A stretch of DNA of 31,601 nt from Candidatus Poribacteria bacterium (GTDB lineage: Bacteria > Poribacteria > WGA-4E > UBA9662). The stretch is taken from positions 1 through 31,601 of the forward strand of contig JAYGDX010000231.1 in the NCBI GenBank assembly GCA_046582655.1. The letters are read 5' to 3'. Under the pieces are notes generated by a model. It had not been told where the DNA came from. It was given only the letters and a program-made list of their open reading frames with translations, and did not search any database. Positions within the stretch are counted from its first letter, which is position 1, and each line of letters starts with the position of its first letter. This document shows positions 29,204-31,601 of the stretch, piece by piece. Made by a program: the position numbers and the translations under genes.

Positions 29204-29403
29204 ATGATCAGTGAACCGAGGTTCATCCAATCCTTGTAACGGTATTGAAAATCGTATTCGGAAAGTTGTTCTATTACCAACTGTTTCATCTTGGTGCTGT
29301 TTCCAGTGATGATTTCTAATGGTGGGTCGTGGCAAAGAATAAAGTCTTCAACTATGTTGTGTATCTTGTCGTGTCTGACACCGTGTAAATCCAATTTTAC
29401 CAT
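29167..29403 (-). CDS. Small stand-alone Smr-domain-like protein
   Basis: LDLHG and IITG motifs typical of Smr folds; 78 aa; AGGA RBS. Confidence 0.6.
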   Translation of the reverse strand: MVKLDLHGVRHDKIHNIVEDFILCHDPPLEIITGNSTKMKQLVIEQLSEYDFQYRYKDWMNLGSLIIYETDDCQRSKG

Positions 29404-29436
29404 TCTTAATTTGTTCCTGTTTCTTAGATCGAGTCT

Positions 29437-30252
29437 TCAAGGGTTAGGGGATTCATCCAGAAAATCTCTCCATTTGCTGTTGAACCAGAACCTCCTACCG
29501 GTTCTATCAACTATACTTTCGCCTTTTCCATAGAATTCAAGCCACTCTTGCAGAGACCGAGTTTCCTTCAAATATTCTTCATTTTTTTTTAGGCTGGAAA
29601 AAGGGGTTTGCCATTGATGGAGTGATCCACCCGAACACAAGTAAGATTGATGCATAATTTCAGAAGTATGAGACAGGAACTCATCATTGATAATTTCACG
29701 TGCAGACAAAAACGGGTTGCAATCAAACTTCCCGCAAATTTCTGCCCTTAAATAATTTCCAACCCCATTAAAATAGTTTTGATTCATCAATATTTCTGAG
29801 ATAGGTTTTGATAACGTCGTTTTTTGCATATTGGTGTAGATGTTGCTTTTGAAAACCTCGAATTCATCGTATGGATCGGGACCTCGATGAGGTGCCCAAT
29901 TTCGATAATCTCCTTTACCGAATCTACGGACATCTACAAAAACCAGTTCGGTTCGGTCTGAAAAAACAAATCGAACATGGCTATGTTTCGGTAAATCATC
30001 TTCATCGCGTACTAATACAAATTTACCGCTCATGCCTAAGGTTATAGTGTATTGGCACTTCTGGTTTTCAAATCGGAAAATTAGTCCTAATTCTTTGCCA
30101 CGTGACTTAGCAGAGATTGAATAAGGCAACGTCTGTCGTTCTAAATTCTTTAATTTGACGTATGGAGAAAACTTGATTTCTGTGACAAGTTTATCTGCGG
30201 CAACCAGGTTGATAAAATCAGCGGTCATTTGAACTTCGGCCCATTCTGGCAT
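29437..30252 (-). CDS. Fpg/Nei-family DNA glycosylase/AP lyase, NEIL1-like (zincless finger)
   Basis: Catalytic N-terminal P-E, SRGKEL, GMSG, FVDVRRFG, H2TH NQNYFNGVGNYLRAEI; the C-terminal DRTGRRFWF lacks zinc-finger cysteines. Confidence 0.88.
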   Translation of the reverse strand: MPEWAEVQMTADFINLVAADKLVTEIKFSPYVKLKNLERQTLPYSISAKSRGKELGLIFRFENQKCQYTITLGMSGKFVLVRDEDDLPKHSHVRFVFSDRTELVFVDVRRFGKGDYRNWAPHRGPDPYDEFEVFKSNIYTNMQKTTLSKPISEILMNQNYFNGVGNYLRAEICGKFDCNPFLSAREIINDEFLSHTSEIMHQSYLCSGGSLHQWQTPFSSLKKNEEYLKETRSLQEWLEFYGKGESIVDRTGRRFWFNSKWRDFLDESPNP

Positions 30253-30282
30253 CTTTGATTCAGATTCCTTTCTGAGATCGCA

Positions 30283-31095
30283 TTATTTAGGGGGTGGTGT
30301 TTTCAAAAAAAGGATTTTCTCTCCTGTTTTGATGTTCAGAGTTGATGATGCGGAACCTTGATTGACAGCAATCTCAATATTACCGGAACTGTTAACTAAT
30401 GCCAGAGTTGAACCAATGTCGGACTCATTATAAAATCTGCTAAGACGATCTATTTTCATTCCGGCTACCTGAATTGTAAGGTTGGTATAGAAAGATGTTG
30501 ATTTTAACGTCTCCACCAAAACATTGGTTATGGCGTTTCCAAAGTGATCGATCCAGATAATTTCACCGATTATTCTGTCTTCGGCAATTTCCGGCTGCGG
30601 GATGGAAAGCATGGTAATATTTGAGATTTCCGGCCCGAGATCCGTCAATGAAACACCGCAGGAAATATGGGCAGCCACTGGGGCAAAAATATCTCGACCG
30701 TGAAATGTATGGCTCACCTGAGGCAGGCAAAAATCAAGGTTGGTAATTTCAATGGTTCTGATCAATTCTTCCCGTTCAAAGATTTTGGTGCAAATACCAT
30801 TGTCAGGACAAACAAATGTTGCCTTTGCTGTCTGGCATACTATTGATCTACGCTGACTTCCAACACCAGGATCGACGACAATAATATGGATAGATCTATC
30901 TGGGAAATATTGATATACCGCGTCAATTTGAAAGGCTGCTGCAAAGAGATCCTGGGGTGGAATGCTGTGAGTAATATCCACAATCCGAGCATGAGGGTTA
31001 ATCTGAAAAATCACACCTTTCATTTCACCGACATATATGTCAGTAAGGCCAAAGTCTGTTGTGAGTGTAATAATAGACGGTTGGTTCATTTTCAA
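30283..31095 (-). CDS. SAM hydroxide adenosyltransferase / SAM-dependent halogenase family protein (DUF62)
   Basis: TTDFG..YVGEMKG, VVDPGVGS, PDNG, TFHGRDIFAPVAAH, IDHFGN. Confidence 0.92.
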   Translation of the reverse strand: MKMNQPSIITLTTDFGLTDIYVGEMKGVIFQINPHARIVDITHSIPPQDLFAAAFQIDAVYQYFPDRSIHIIVVDPGVGSQRRSIVCQTAKATFVCPDNGICTKIFEREELIRTIEITNLDFCLPQVSHTFHGRDIFAPVAAHISCGVSLTDLGPEISNITMLSIPQPEIAEDRIIGEIIWIDHFGNAITNVLVETLKSTSFYTNLTIQVAGMKIDRLSRFYNESDIGSTLALVNSSGNIEIAVNQGSASSTLNIKTGEKILFLKTPPPK

Positions 31096-31114
31096 TCTTA
31101 ACCTCTTATGTTTC

Positions 31115-31601
31115 TCAGATCCAGAAAATCTGATTTCCTCTATGATTGGTTAGTAGATCAAGTACTATCCAAAATCCATTGCATGTGAACTAACCTAGGA
31201 TTAAACCGAGGAAAAACGGTTGTGCATTCCGGTAAAGTTTCATACCGCTGTACTTTAGGAAAATTAGTTTAATCATCCAGGCGAAAAAAACGGTAACCCA
31301 GATTTGATCCATAATCCAGATTGGCCCGATGGCAAATCCGATTGGATGAAATGGAAACCATAAAAATCGAGATCTCATAAACATTAAAAAAAGCATTACT
31401 AAGGAACCGACAGATTTAAAAATCCAACCCAGCCAATTTGTATCTGGTGGATTGATCAATAACGAGATAATATAGTTGTATGGTGCTTTAGCACCGCCGC
31501 TGAAGAACCAGGAGTTACCGTTTATTCCACCGTGCCTATATGATAGGTTTAACAGCATTCAGATTGATGATATCATGGTCGTAATCACCGCCAGCATCAT
31601 T
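31115..31601 (-). pseudogene. 3' end of a DUF6785/DUF6784-like polytopic membrane protein with two in-frame stops
   Basis: RFLWFPFHPIGF, AWMIKLIFLKYSG..YRNAQPFFLGLILG. In-frame TGA at 31559-31561 (SSI*MLL) and TAG at 31190-31192, the latter followed by FTCNGFWIVLDLLT..FWI and a stop at 31115. Family name is from recall. Confidence 0.7.

Noticed and set aside
30283..31095. True fluorinase or chlorinase
   Set aside because: It retains the TFHGRD motif typical of widespread DUF62 SAM hydrolases, and there is no halometabolite biosynthetic context.
31115..31601. Stop-codon recoding (TGA=Trp, or TAG read-through)
   Set aside because: Other genes in the window use TGA and TAG as normal stops and TGG for Trp. 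Two different stops in one gene fit point mutation better.

Overview
Bacterial window, probably from a Candidatus Poribacteria-like genome. This is inferred from the gene families present: LamG proteins with a KLxTxWG tail, FGE-fold paralogs, FG-GAP/ASPIC-UnbV proteins and a DUF6785-like membrane protein. No rRNA, tRNA or CRISPR array was seen. The first ~14.5 kb is a secreted/surface-protein island bracketed by two copies of a TPR + CRTAC1-like (FG-GAP/ASPIC-UnbV) gene pair, and the left TPR copy is decayed. Inside it are five tandem secreted paralogs built from eight copies of one ~170-aa beta-sandwich domain (GSDD..W.NG motif, PA14/galactose-binding-like), a frameshifted GH172/DUF2961 gene and two LamG paralogs. 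All seven of the lectin-like proteins, from two unrelated families, end in the same motif V[DE]xxxKLxTxWxx[ILV]K, a candidate C-terminal sorting or anchoring signal. The right half holds an IS1380 remnant, two non-catalytic FGE-fold proteins, a phytoene-desaturase/RetSat-like oxidoreductase, an MFS transporter, DUF1295, an HpcH aldolase, a beta-propeller GH-like protein, a giant CPBP protease and a frameshifted Gfo/Idh/MocA gene. It ends with an Smr-like mini-protein, a strikingly NEIL1-like (zincless-finger) DNA glycosylase flanked by short direct repeats, a DUF62 SAM hydrolase and a nonsense-disrupted DUF6785-like gene.
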